A DNA stretch of 64,000 bases, from positions 436,883-500,882 of the forward strand of contig CAWDXE010000004.1 in NCBI GenBank assembly GCA_963806185.1, written 5' to 3'. Below the pieces are notes generated by a model, which was given only the letters and a program-made list of their open reading frames with translations, made no database searches and was not told where the DNA came from. This document shows, piece after piece, positions 1-10,149 of this stretch. Origin of the DNA: an uncultured candidate division Zixibacteria bacterium (lineage in GTDB: Bacteria > Zixibacteria > MSB-5A5 > GN15 > FEB-12). The stretch's first letter is position 1, and every line of letters starts with the position of its first letter. The translations under genes and the position numbers were made by a program.

Positions 1-2241
1 ATCGTATCGGCTGTCAAGCGTGTACGGATTGGGGTAGACATAGACGTCGAGATTCTCGCTTTCAACGACGTCCGACGGTGTTTGCGGGTATTCACGGATT
101 GAATTGTCGAGCGGGGGAGTTTCCAGCGGAGCCAGGCCGGCGATCGGTGAACCGAAATCGAAGACCGTGACTGAAGCTATGTAACTGATCGTCGGGAGCA
201 AATTGTCAGCCACGTATTCATATTCGTAGTACTTTGGTAACGGTTCGCCGTGTTCGGTGGTAATCTGGTCGGTCGTCCAGTTGGCCGGATCCCTTCCCTG
301 ATTGACGGCGTCAGGAAACGCGCGATGGATACCGTTGGGCGTCCGAAGATCGGATTGGTTAAACCCGTTCGGTTCGAAGTAGAAAGCCGAATCACCGACA
401 TAGAGGGGAGAGGAGCGAGGATAATCATCGGGGCTGAATGAATCTCCGTATATCTGCTTTAACGAGGTGAGGGTGAATGGGATGTTCAACAGCACCCATT
501 GCGGCGTGACGCCCGCTGATTGCTTCCAGTAGTACCGGTTGAAATTCTCATAATCGTACGACGTCAATAACGTGAAACTGGCGTCACGATCGTCCAGCGC
601 CAGGTACACGCGGTATCCCTCAAAGTCAATCAGGTTCAGGAAAGGATCGGGGGTATTTTCGCTGTAAAACCCGTTCCAGCGAATGTGCAACTTGCCGAGC
701 GACGGCACGACCTTCAGTTTCGGTGCCGGCGGTGGTCCCGCACCCTTGAAATCCGGGACGTTGTCACCTTCCGTCCAGAAAGTGTCCACCCCGTTCAGCA
801 GGCGAAATTTCCCCCGGTATCCGTCTCTGTCGGTGTCCACGCCCGGATTGTCGTAGATCCATGATGCCCATCGAGCGTTGAGAGCGAGGTTGGAGAAATC
901 GAGTTCGTTGTAAAAGGCTCGTGGATTGTTGGAGTCCCAATAGGTGGTGAAGTCCGACGGATTCACGTGCAAGTTCCGTCCGCCCACCCAGGCAAACGAC
1001 ACCGGAAGGTTCTGGCCGGGCTCAATGTCAAACGGCCCGAAACTCAATAGGTATCGCGTATCAAACCCGTCGGCAATAACGCTCGCCGTGCCTGGTGGTG
1101 ACATGAAGCCCTCGAACGAGTGATCCTGGGCGGTGAACAGGAGGTCATAGTCGAACTCCGGGTGGGACATCAGGTAGTACTTGTTGCGGTCGCCCTGAGG
1201 CGTTCCCAGTCCTGATCCGATCGCGCGAAAGGGTCGCTCGTTCGTTCCGCGCATCCGGGGACCGAAATCCAGCGCCGGATCAGAATAATTGGTTATCCAC
1301 CAGTTGAAGGAGTAGGTGAGCGAATCGGCAGGAGTCCGGACAACGCGTGTCGCCATGACGTCCCGACCGGACCGATAATCCCACGCCCCGCCCGTGGGGT
1401 CACCATCGTTGTCGGCGTGCCACGCCATGTTTACGGTATCGAGAAAGGCGGCATCCTCCGGCGACGGAAACGTGGATCGAAAACCAACGATATCGTCCTC
1501 CCAATGATCTGAGTCACGATTGCTGATGTGCCAGACATCACCATCGACCCAGATCCCGATATACACATCGTCCAATCGCTCGGAGCCGGAGTTGCGGATG
1601 CCGTAATCGAAGAGGACGAAATCATCGGCATAATCGTAGCTCCAGGCCATAGATCGCTGACTGATCTCGATGCCGAGCGGTCTGTGTGATCGACGATCCG
1701 TGTCGTCCTGCCCTACCAGTGTCGGGTCGGTGAAGGTATCGGTGTACATGCACGAGATGTCCTGCTCCGAATACGCCGCCGAGGAATAGAGGGGACTGTT
1801 CAAGTCGATTGATTGGTAGGTGAAGCCGGTGTCGGGCGACCAGAATTCTGCGGTGGCGTAGTAATCCTCTGAACCACACGAAACCAGCGTGTCCTTGCCG
1901 ACCACCGCCCCGATCCAGAAAGCGCCGACCCAGAGATAGACGATGTCACTGTTCTTGGGATAGCGGCAGGACCAGGCCGTCTGATTAGTTAGGGGATCGG
2001 TGATGCCGTCGCCGAACGTGCCAAAAGTACCGTTGTTGCCTACGACCAGTTCTACGTTGCCTCGGTTGTGGACGGCATACTTGAGGCGTGGCGGAGCAGC
2101 CGCCAGCCGTTGCGCCTGACGTACGGCGGCGAGCTGTTTGAAGTCGTCCGACGCTTCGCGGGCTTCAAGAGCAGAAAATCCAGTGGATACTAATAGGGCC
2201 GCTGTCAGCAATAGACAGCGGCCCGAATGGCAATAGTTCAT
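1..2241 (-). CDS. Secreted protein of unknown function, paralog 1 of the tandem array (3' end outside window)
   Basis: Absent from the ORF track because it has no stop in the window. Manual translation from ATG 2241 (MNYCHSGRCLLLTAALLVSTG...) stays open to base 1. It shares HNxG...NNGTFG, WIGAVVGKDTLVS, FVLFDY, TPQGDRNKY, DTRYLLSFGPFDIEPGQ, WIYDNPGVDTD, DFEGYRVY and DVYVYPNPY with 2245..4846 and 5221..7815. Confidence 0.9.
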   Translation of the reverse strand, partial: MNYCHSGRCLLLTAALLVSTGFSALEAREASDDFKQLAAVRQAQRLAAAPPRLKYAVHNRGNVELVVGNNGTFGTFGDGITDPLTNQTAWSCRYPKNSDIVYLWVGAFWIGAVVGKDTLVSCGSEDYYATAEFWSPDTGFTYQSIDLNSPLYSSAAYSEQDISCMYTDTFTDPTLVGQDDTDRRSHRPLGIEISQRSMAWSYDYADDFVLFDYGIRNSGSERLDDVYIGIWVDGDVWHISNRDSDHWEDDIVGFRSTFPSPEDAAFLDTVNMAWHADNDGDPTGGAWDYRSGRDVMATRVVRTPADSLTYSFNWWITNYSDPALDFGPRMRGTNERPFRAIGSGLGTPQGDRNKYYLMSHPEFDYDLLFTAQDHSFEGFMSPPGTASVIADGFDTRYLLSFGPFDIEPGQNLPVSFAWVGGRNLHVNPSDFTTYWDSNNPRAFYNELDFSNLALNARWASWIYDNPGVDTDRDGYRGKFRLLNGVDTFWTEGDNVPDFKGAGPPPAPKLKVVPSLGKLHIRWNGFYSENTPDPFLNLIDFEGYRVYLALDDRDASFTLLTSYDYENFNRYYWKQSAGVTPQWVLLNIPFTLTSLKQIYGDSFSPDDYPRSSPLYVGDSAFYFEPNGFNQSDLRTPNGIHRAFPDAVNQGRDPANWTTDQITTEHGEPLPKYYEYEYVADNLLPTISYIASVTVFDFGSPIAGLAPLETPPLDNSIREYPQTPSDVVESENLDVYVYPNPYTLDSRYD

Positions 2242-2244
2242 AGG

Positions 2245-4846
2245 TTACATGATGACGATCAGCTTACCAATCTGCGTACGCCCCTTGTCGTCTTCTACCG
2301 TCCAGAAGTATATCCCGGATACGATCAATTGTGTATTGCGGGTGATCAAATCCCACGTGTCGTGGTTGGCTTCGGGATTGTTGGGGTCGACGTCGTGAGT
2401 CACCTCGTCCACCAAGTCACCGTCGAGTGAGAAAATGCGAATAGTGCACTTGGGCGGGAGATTGGCGAAATGCACACGGCGCAGGCGGTCAGGTTCGACA
2501 GAACCAACACTGGCATCCTTTTCCCGGCCCTCATACCCTTCTTCGAGATAATTCCCGTCGATACGATACGGGTTGGGATAGACGTATACATCCAAATCCT
2601 TGCCGGCCAGCGATACTGACGATTCCAGAGCGTACGTGATGGACGGCTGGAAAGACACCTGGGTTTCCAGGCTCTTCAACCCCGACTGCGGGGAGCCAAA
2701 GTCAAAAGCCGTCACGTTGACGTAGTACTCAACGGTGGGCAGGAGATTCGGTATGGTATACTCATACATGAAGTACTTCAGGTACTTGGTACCGTTCTCC
2801 TCGTAAACCTCATCCGGACTGGCCACAGAATCCGGATTCAGAGAACTTGGATACGGTGGATAGAGGAAACATCTTCTCAATCCCCGTAGTAGGCTGGTCT
2901 TCGTTCGCAAAGCGGCTTCGATTGTAATCCTGCGGTTCAAAGTAGAAGGCAGAATCGCCCAGGCGATACGGACTAACCCGGCTGTACACCAGCGGATCCC
3001 ACGTCGTCTCCTCACCGTCAGGCGCATACAGGGCGCGCAACGAGTCGAGGGTAAACGGGATGTCCAGCAACACCCATTCGCCTGCGGTACCTGACGCGGG
3101 ATCGAAGATGAATTTGTTGAAATCCTCGCGATCGTACGACTGGGCCAGCGTGTAACTTGATGAGCGGTAGTCGCGACCGTAATACACGCGGTACCCTTCG
3201 AAATCAAGCTGGTGGGAGAAGGCGTCACGAGTCGCCTCTGACCGCGCACCATACCATCGGACGGTGATCCTTCCTACTTCCGGAACCACCCAGTGCGCCG
3301 GAGCCGGGGGCGGCGAAGCGCCCTTGAAATCCGGTACGCCATCACCCTTGTACCAAGTTGTATCCGCCCGGGTATAGACCCAATGGCCCTGATCATTCAA
3401 GATGGAATCCATGACGCAAATGTGGTATTCACCAGCATATCCGTTGGAGTCGGTATCGACTCCCGGATTATCATAAATCCACCCTGCCCAGGCGGCATTC
3501 AGGCCAAGATCGGTGAAGTGAAGGTTCGAATAGAAAGCCTGTGGATTGTACGTCTCGCACTCCAAGTTCTGGATATTGCTGACGTCGGTGTGCAGGCCGA
3601 ACCCCGCCAGGTAGGCCAGTGAAATCGGCAGACTCTGACCCGGCTCGATATCGAACGGCCCAAACGACAAGAGATACCGTGTGTCATACCCGTTGGACAA
3701 GTCGCACGCGACCTGCTGAGGCGGGTAAACCCACTGTGTATCCAGCGGTGAAATCTGAGCAGTATATGCCTGGTCAAAATCAAACTCACCATTGCGCATG
3801 TACCAGTATTTGTTGCGGTCGCCTTCCGGCGTCCCCTGTCCGCCGGTGCTCAAATCCCGAAATGTTTTCCGTCCTTGTGGACCAAAATCGCGTCGAGCAT
3901 CGGAATTTGAAATCCACCAGTTGAAAGAGACCTTCGGCGAATCGGCCGGCGTCCGCACAATGCGGGTTGCCGTTATGTGCGGCACCTGCATTGACGGCGA
4001 GAGACCGAGATCACCGTCGTTATCGGCGATCCAGGCTATGTCTACGATGTCGTTGAAAGGACATTGGGCCGGTGCGTATGACGCCGGCATGGAGCGGATG
4101 AAACCGCAAATGTCGTCCTGCGCTCCTTCATCCTGGTTGACCAGGGCGAACACGTCAGCGTCGACATACAATCCCATGTAGACGGCGTTGAGGCGTTCCG
4201 TCCCCATATTCCGGATTCGGAAGTCAAATAGTACAAAGTCCTCCGCATAGGAATACGACCAGGCATATGAATTCTGCGAGACTTCAACGAAGAGCGGCCT
4301 GTGTCCCCGGTGATCGATAACGTCCGGCCTCGTTCCGTTGCAAGCCGTGCAGGTATCAAAGAAGGTGGACACGTAGTCCTGTTCGGAGATGGCACCCTCG
4401 TACTCCGGCTTGGCCGGATCGGTAATTGAGCGATACTGCATGGCGCCGAGCGCTCCCGCTTCCGGATACAGCTCCGTGCTCTGAGTCCAGCCGTCTTCAG
4501 CCACCGACACGAGGGTATCCCGCCCGACCACAGCGCCGATCCATACGGCGCCCGCAAAGCAGTACTTGGTATTGGAGCCTTTGGGATATTCGCAGCTCTT
4601 CACCGTTTCGCCGGTGAATGCGTCCGAAGCGCCCGCGGCACCCTCAGTATATCCGTACGTGCCGTTATTCGATACGGCCATCACGATCCTGCCGACGTTG
4701 TGCTCCGCCACCATCAGGTTCGGCGCCAGTGCAGAACGATCTATCGGTCGGCCATCAGAATCCTTGGACAAGCGGCCAAACGCAGAAGCCGCCAGGAGCA
4801 AGACCAATCCAATGCGTAGCCCCACCTTACCAACTGACATATTCAC
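2245..4846 (-). pseudogene. Secreted protein, paralog 2, interrupted by a single frameshift near 2864 (true pseudogene or sequencing indel)
   Basis: ORF 2810..4846 aligns with paralog 3 up to EKMFP. The remainder (YPSSLNPDSVASPDEVYEENG...QIGKLIVIM) lies in ORF 2245..3252 in another frame. Removing one base from ATG TTT CCT C TAT CCA restores collinearity with MFPHAAFPSSL of paralog 3. Confidence 0.85.
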
Positions 4847-4964
4847 GAGACCCTCACTTCTTGAGACCCAAAACTTCCCAGTCCAGTGCGAACCATGTGG
4901 TCTGTTCGCTGTATGCGTATGCGTTACCCGCGGCCTTCACCTGCCGCGGCGAAAACCAATTCTA

Positions 4965-4993
4965 AACCTAAGAAAATGCGATAAACAGGGCAA
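4965..4993 (-). promoter_or_regulatory. Putative sigma70 promoter for paralogs 2-1
   Basis: TTGCCC-N17-TAGGTT on the minus strand, about 120 nt upstream of the start. Confidence 0.4.
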
Positions 4994-5159
4994 GCCTTTT
5001 CACCCCGTCCCCATCAATAGACGCTCCAGCGTCAAAGGATGTGGAGTCGATACACTCCCATTTCTTTGGCGTTAACAAGATCAAAATACTGCGCAAAATC
5101 ACCCATCAACGATGCCGAGTGAGATGTCCGAACTTTGGCTTAACCGAATGCCACACAAC

Positions 5160-5193
5160 AAAAAAGCCGCCGCCTGGACACAGGCGGCGGCTT
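5160..5193 (-). terminator. Rho-independent terminator of paralog 3
   Basis: AAGCCGCCGCCTG-TGTC-CAGGCGGCGGCTT hairpin followed by a T run on the minus strand. Confidence 0.85.
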
Positions 5194-5220
5194 CGAGTGG
5201 CGTCTCCACTCGGTTCTAAA

Positions 5221-7815
5221 TTACATGACGACTACCAGCTTACCGATCTGGGTGTTTCCCTTGTCGTCCTCGACGGTCCAATAATAAATGCCGGAGACGA
5301 TCAATTGTGTATTGCGGGTGATCAAATCCCAGGTGTCGTGGTTGGCTTCGGGATCGTTGGCATCGACATCATGAATCACTTCGTCCACCAGGTCGCCGTC
5401 CAGTGAAAAAATGCGAATGGTGCACTTGGGCGGAAGGTTGGCAAAGTGTACGCGACGCAGCCGGTCGCGCTCGGCCGTGCCCACGCCGGCATCACGTTCC
5501 CGACCCTCGAACCCTTCTTCCAGGTACTTCCCGTCGATGCGATACGGGTTGGGATAGACGTACACGTTCAGGTCTTTGCCGGCCAGCGCCGTGTTCGATT
5601 CCAAGGCGTAGGTGATGGAGGGGTTGAACGTCACCTGAGTCTCCAGACTCTTCAAGCCCGACTGCGGCGATCCGAAGTCAAAGGCGGTCACATTCACATA
5701 GTACTCCACTGTCGGCAGCAGATTGTCGATCGTATACTCATACATGAAGTACTTCAGATACTTCTTGCCGTTCTCTTCATACACTTCGTCCGGGCTGTCT
5801 ACCGAATCGACATCGAGTGAACTCGGAAAGGCCGCGTGCGGAAACATCTTGACAATTTCGGTGAGCGGCTGATCTTCGTTGCCGAAACGGCTCCGGTTGT
5901 AATCCTGCGGCTCGAAATAGAAGGCGGAATCGCCGAGACGATACGGATTGACCCGGCTGTACACCAGCGGATTCCAGGTCGTCTCCTCGCCGGGAGGCGC
6001 GTAGAGGGCGCGCAGAGAATCCAGGGTAAAAGGAATATCCAGCAGCACCCAGTCACCTGAGGTCCCCGCTGTGGGATCGAAGATGAACTTGTTGAAGTCT
6101 TCCCGGTCATACGACTGGCCCAGCGTGTAACTTGAGGCACGGTAGTCGCGACCATAATAGACACGGTATCCTTCGAAATCGAATTGTCGAGAAAACGCAT
6201 CTCGCGTCTCCTCAGAGCGCACACCATTCCAGCGAACCGTAATCTTACCCACCTCGGGAATCACCCAATGCTCGGGAGCGGGCGGTGGGGAGGCACCCCT
6301 GAAGTCCGGCACACCGTCTCCCCGATACCAAGTCGTGTCGGATCGGGTGATAATCCAGCCGCCTTCCGGGTTGGGGATAGAATCAAAATTACAGACATGG
6401 AAATCGCCGGCGTACCCATTCGAATCCGAATCTACTCCCGGATTGTCATAAATCCAACTGGCCCAGGCGGCGTTGAGACCCAGGTCGGTGAAATCCAAAT
6501 TCGCATAGTACTGTTGCGGGTTGTAATTGTCCTGAAGATTACCCAGATTGGTTTCATCGGTGTGGAGATTCATACCGCCGACGTAAGCCAGGGAGATTGG
6601 AAGGCTTTGACCCGGCTCGATGTCGAAAGGACCGAAGGAGAGCAGGTATCGCGTATCGTAACCGTCGGACAAATCCGGCGCCACCTGCTGGGGAGGATAT
6701 TGCCACTGCGTGTCAAGCGGGAGAATCTGTCGAGTAAACACTTGATCGTAATCAAACTCGCCGTTGCTCAGGAACCAGTACTTGTTGCGATCTCCTTCCG
6801 GCGTTCCCTGACCGCCGGTACCGAGGTCGCGGTATGTTTTCCGACCCTGCGGCCCGAAATCCCGTCGCGCATCACCGTTGGAAATCCACCAGTTGAAGGA
6901 GACTTTCAGAGATTCTGAGGGTGTTCTCACAATTCGTGTAGCAGTGACATTTGGCACCTGCAGCGAAGTTGTCTGCGTCAAATCGCCGTCATTGTCGGCG
7001 ATCCAGGCGATGTTCACGGTGTCGTTGAACGGGCACTGTGCCGGCGCGTAGGAGGCCGGCATGGAACGAATGAATCCGCACACGTCGTCATCATACCCTT
7101 CGGTGTTAATACGTGCGTGCACGTCGGCGTCCACATAGATGCCCATATAGACGTCATTCAGCCGCCGGGTATTGATATTCTGAACAGAGAAGTCGAAAAG
7201 AACAAAGTCCTCGGCATACGAATATGACCAGGCGTAGGAGTTCTGGGTCACCTTGAGGCCGATGGGCCGGTGGGGGCGATTGTCAACCTTGTCGGTGGAT
7301 ACCCCGGAGCAATTAATGCACGTGTCATAATAAACGGCGAGGTAGTCTTCTTCGGAAATTGCGCCCTCATACACGTCCGGCTTGGACGGATCGGTGATCG
7401 ATCGATATTGCAGGCCGACAATATCGTCCGGAAACAGCTCCTGGCCGCCAGTCCAGCCGTCTGCCGCCTGCGAAACAAGCGTATCGCGGCCCACTACGGC
7501 GCCAATCCAGACCGCCCCGACAAACAGGTATCTTGAGGGGGAGTCCTTGGGATAGGCACAGGATTGGATAATTTCGCCGGTGAAACAGTCATTGTTCGAA
7601 GGCGTATACCCATCGCCAAAGGTGCCGTTATTCACCACCATCAGTTCGATCTTGCCGACATTGTGGCCGGCCATACAAAGCGCAGGGGCAGCCATGCCGC
7701 TATGCTCGGCACGATAATCGTAAGTGGCAGCATACCGGGCCCAGCCGGAAGAGGCTGCAAGAGAGAGGCTTACGGCGGCAAGTAGGGGTACCGCAAGACT
7801 ACGTCGAATGTGCAC
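5221..7815 (-). CDS. Secreted protein of unknown function, paralog 3 (intact), with T9SS-like C-terminal domain
   Basis: 864 aa, signal peptide, GGAGG RBS before GTG. C-terminus VYVYPNPY...FANLPPKCTIRIFSLDGDLV...WDLITRN...SGIYYW...GKLVVVM resembles a type A sorting-like domain. Confidence 0.9.
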   Translation of the reverse strand: MHIRRSLAVPLLAAVSLSLAASSGWARYAATYDYRAEHSGMAAPALCMAGHNVGKIELMVVNNGTFGDGYTPSNNDCFTGEIIQSCAYPKDSPSRYLFVGAVWIGAVVGRDTLVSQAADGWTGGQELFPDDIVGLQYRSITDPSKPDVYEGAISEEDYLAVYYDTCINCSGVSTDKVDNRPHRPIGLKVTQNSYAWSYSYAEDFVLFDFSVQNINTRRLNDVYMGIYVDADVHARINTEGYDDDVCGFIRSMPASYAPAQCPFNDTVNIAWIADNDGDLTQTTSLQVPNVTATRIVRTPSESLKVSFNWWISNGDARRDFGPQGRKTYRDLGTGGQGTPEGDRNKYWFLSNGEFDYDQVFTRQILPLDTQWQYPPQQVAPDLSDGYDTRYLLSFGPFDIEPGQSLPISLAYVGGMNLHTDETNLGNLQDNYNPQQYYANLDFTDLGLNAAWASWIYDNPGVDSDSNGYAGDFHVCNFDSIPNPEGGWIITRSDTTWYRGDGVPDFRGASPPPAPEHWVIPEVGKITVRWNGVRSEETRDAFSRQFDFEGYRVYYGRDYRASSYTLGQSYDREDFNKFIFDPTAGTSGDWVLLDIPFTLDSLRALYAPPGEETTWNPLVYSRVNPYRLGDSAFYFEPQDYNRSRFGNEDQPLTEIVKMFPHAAFPSSLDVDSVDSPDEVYEENGKKYLKYFMYEYTIDNLLPTVEYYVNVTAFDFGSPQSGLKSLETQVTFNPSITYALESNTALAGKDLNVYVYPNPYRIDGKYLEEGFEGRERDAGVGTAERDRLRRVHFANLPPKCTIRIFSLDGDLVDEVIHDVDANDPEANHDTWDLITRNTQLIVSGIYYWTVEDDKGNTQIGKLVVVM

Positions 7816-7847
7816 TTAGGTCCTCCAATCTCTGTCTAAGCGTCGCC

Positions 7848-7876
7848 AGTATATAGCCTTAGGACGCACAAGTCAA
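7848..7876 (-). promoter_or_regulatory. sigma70 promoter for paralog 3
   Basis: TTGACT-N17-TATACT, near consensus. Confidence 0.7.
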
Positions 7877-7922
7877 GCTGACTGATTAAGCCCTGGTGAG
7901 AAATTTCCTCAATTTCCTGAAC

Positions 7923-7951
7923 AAAAAAGGGCCACCTTCTCAGGTGACCCT
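7923..7951 (-). terminator. Rho-independent terminator after M16 pair 1
   Basis: AGGGTCACCT-GAGA-AGGTGGCCCT hairpin followed by a T run. Confidence 0.75.
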
Positions 7952-7974
7952 CGTCTGAATCCCGCAAAAGAAGC

Positions 7975-10149
7975 TTACAGTTTGTCCGGTTTCTGGAAAG
8001 CCGTCGGACTCACCGGTGCGTTAATCTGGAAATCCGAATAGCTGATTGTGCCGACTTTCTGCCCGCCCATCGTACGACTCATAGTCATGGGGAGCTTGAG
8101 GCCCTGCACATCCTTGAGATCTGAATATACTTCCAGAATGGTTCCCTCACCCATGGGTGACTCACCGACAAAGCTCTTGCCGACCAGCAGATTGGTTTGA
8201 CTGTTGATCGCCAAACGGCACAGCTGCTTGCCGTTCTTGTCGACGATGGCCACGAAGTTGACGTCAACGCCGTCAAGATTGCCCACGCCGTCAAACACCG
8301 GCTGATAAACCGGCTTGTCGGCCTGCATGAACAGGTTGATCATGTTTCGGGCACTCTCCTCGTCATCCTTAGTCAGATCATCCTCAGTCTTAACAATCGG
8401 CTGCGGATTGCCCGGTTGGCTGCGCCAGCCGGATTTCTGGTCCCGAACGTCGTACATCTTCTGTCCCATCATTGAGACCACCTGCATGCTCAGGTTGGGG
8501 AGGATGCGCGACTCCTCGAAATCCAGCGGAAAGTCCCCCTGGGGAGTGCTCAGGACATACTTTCCTTTGCTGACGATCGACTTCACTTTCTTAAACGCGG
8601 CGACACCGCCGTGAGCTGCCGCCGATTTGGCGAGCAGTTCCTGGCCCTTGGCCAGATTCTCAGGCGTCATGGCCAATGCGCGTTGTTCCTCACCGGACGG
8701 TATGGTCACGTCGATGGTCTCGACATCGCCCAAGCCGAGTTGGTCGAGTGGCACGTCAAAATCCTTGGCATTCCCCACAATTAGCACTTGGAGAGCATCC
8801 GGGCGCAAGTGTGCCTTGGCTGCTGCCATGATGGATTGCGGCGATGTCTTCTCGATCTTGCTGCGGACCTGCAGATTGAAGTCCGCCGGCAGATTGTAGA
8901 AATCGTAATTGAGGAGACGATTAATCACTTCGGCCTTTGAGTCAAACTGGAAGACGAATGAGTTCAGGTATCCATCTTTCGCCATCCGCATCTCTTCCGG
9001 CGTGGGTGGATCTGTTTGCATGCTTTGGATCTGCTTGATAATTTCGCGAACTGCCTTGGCCGTGGTGGCCGATTTGGTCGAAGCGAAATTGTAGAAGATT
9101 CCGGGATACGCCACCTGGGCCGAGTAGACGCCGAAGACCGCATAGGCGAGGCCTTCCTTGGAACGCACGTTCTGGAACAACCGGGTCGCGAATGAGCCGG
9201 CGCCCAGAACGTTGTTCATCATGATCAGGTCCGCATAATCAGGGTCGGTCTGTCGACCGCCAATGTGACCGATATAGATCTTCGACTGATTGATGTCGGC
9301 CTTGTCCACGTATAGCACCCGTTTCGGGAACTTGTAATCGACGGTCGGCGGAGGGGGGACGGTGACATTGCCACGCTGCCAGCCACCGAAGTACTTTTTG
9401 ACCTTCTCAATTATGGTCGCTTTGTCGATGTCGCCCCAAATTGCCAACTGGACGTTTTCGGGGTGAAACCACTGGGCGTGATAATTGACCAGGTCATCAC
9501 GGGTAATTGCGGCGATGGTCTTGTACTCGGTGTGCCGCGCATAAACCGACGTCGGTCCGTAGATGGCCTTCGAGAATTCCCGGGCGCCAATATCCTCGGC
9601 ATCGTCGTTGCGACGGGAAATCGCTGATCGCTGTTCGATTTTGGCCAGATCCAGCTTATCCGGATCAAAAACCGGCCGTTGGAGGACATCCGCCAGTACC
9701 TCGAGACCAAGGTCGGTATAATCGGTCAGGACGAACATCGAGCCGCTGGCAAACAGCAGACCGATTGAAGTCTCGACGCTGGCGCCGACACTTTCGAGTT
9801 GCTTGTCGATTTCATCACCGGTCCACTTCTGCGTGCCGCCGGTGCGCATAACGGCTCCCGTTATACCCGCCAATCCGATCTTGTCGGCGGGATCCAGATA
9901 GGAACCGCAATTGATGCGGGCTGCTGCCTGGACAGTCGGGAGACTGTGATCCTCCAGCAGATACAGACGTATTCCGTTATCGAGCGTAACCTTCTGAACG
10001 TCCGGAATAACCGGCTGTTTCGCCGGGGGAAACTTGGCAATGATCTTGTCGACGTCCTGTGCGGAGGCAGTCGCGATAAATGCCGCAATGAGCAGCAATG
10101 CCACACTGCCAAGCCATAGCGATACTCGTTTCATAGCATCCTTTCTCAT
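7975..10149 (-). CDS. M16 (insulinase) family non-catalytic subunit with an extra ~230-aa C-terminal domain
   Basis: TLDNGIRLYLLEDH and RLFQNVRSKEGLAY motifs, no HxxEH, signal peptide. Start is either 10149 (TAATG overlap) or 10134 (AAAGGA RBS). Confidence 0.85.
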   Translation of the reverse strand: MRKDAMKRVSLWLGSVALLLIAAFIATASAQDVDKIIAKFPPAKQPVIPDVQKVTLDNGIRLYLLEDHSLPTVQAAARINCGSYLDPADKIGLAGITGAVMRTGGTQKWTGDEIDKQLESVGASVETSIGLLFASGSMFVLTDYTDLGLEVLADVLQRPVFDPDKLDLAKIEQRSAISRRNDDAEDIGAREFSKAIYGPTSVYARHTEYKTIAAITRDDLVNYHAQWFHPENVQLAIWGDIDKATIIEKVKKYFGGWQRGNVTVPPPPTVDYKFPKRVLYVDKADINQSKIYIGHIGGRQTDPDYADLIMMNNVLGAGSFATRLFQNVRSKEGLAYAVFGVYSAQVAYPGIFYNFASTKSATTAKAVREIIKQIQSMQTDPPTPEEMRMAKDGYLNSFVFQFDSKAEVINRLLNYDFYNLPADFNLQVRSKIEKTSPQSIMAAAKAHLRPDALQVLIVGNAKDFDVPLDQLGLGDVETIDVTIPSGEEQRALAMTPENLAKGQELLAKSAAAHGGVAAFKKVKSIVSKGKYVLSTPQGDFPLDFEESRILPNLSMQVVSMMGQKMYDVRDQKSGWRSQPGNPQPIVKTEDDLTKDDEESARNMINLFMQADKPVYQPVFDGVGNLDGVDVNFVAIVDKNGKQLCRLAINSQTNLLVGKSFVGESPMGEGTILEVYSDLKDVQGLKLPMTMSRTMGGQKVGTISYSDFQINAPVSPTAFQKPDKL

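Noticed and set aside
2245..5800. Similar C-terminal DNA of paralogs 2 and 3 as a diversity-generating retroelement TR/VR pair
   Set aside because: Differences are mostly synonymous third-position changes, not adenine-specific. Both copies are coding, and no reverse transcriptase is present in the window.
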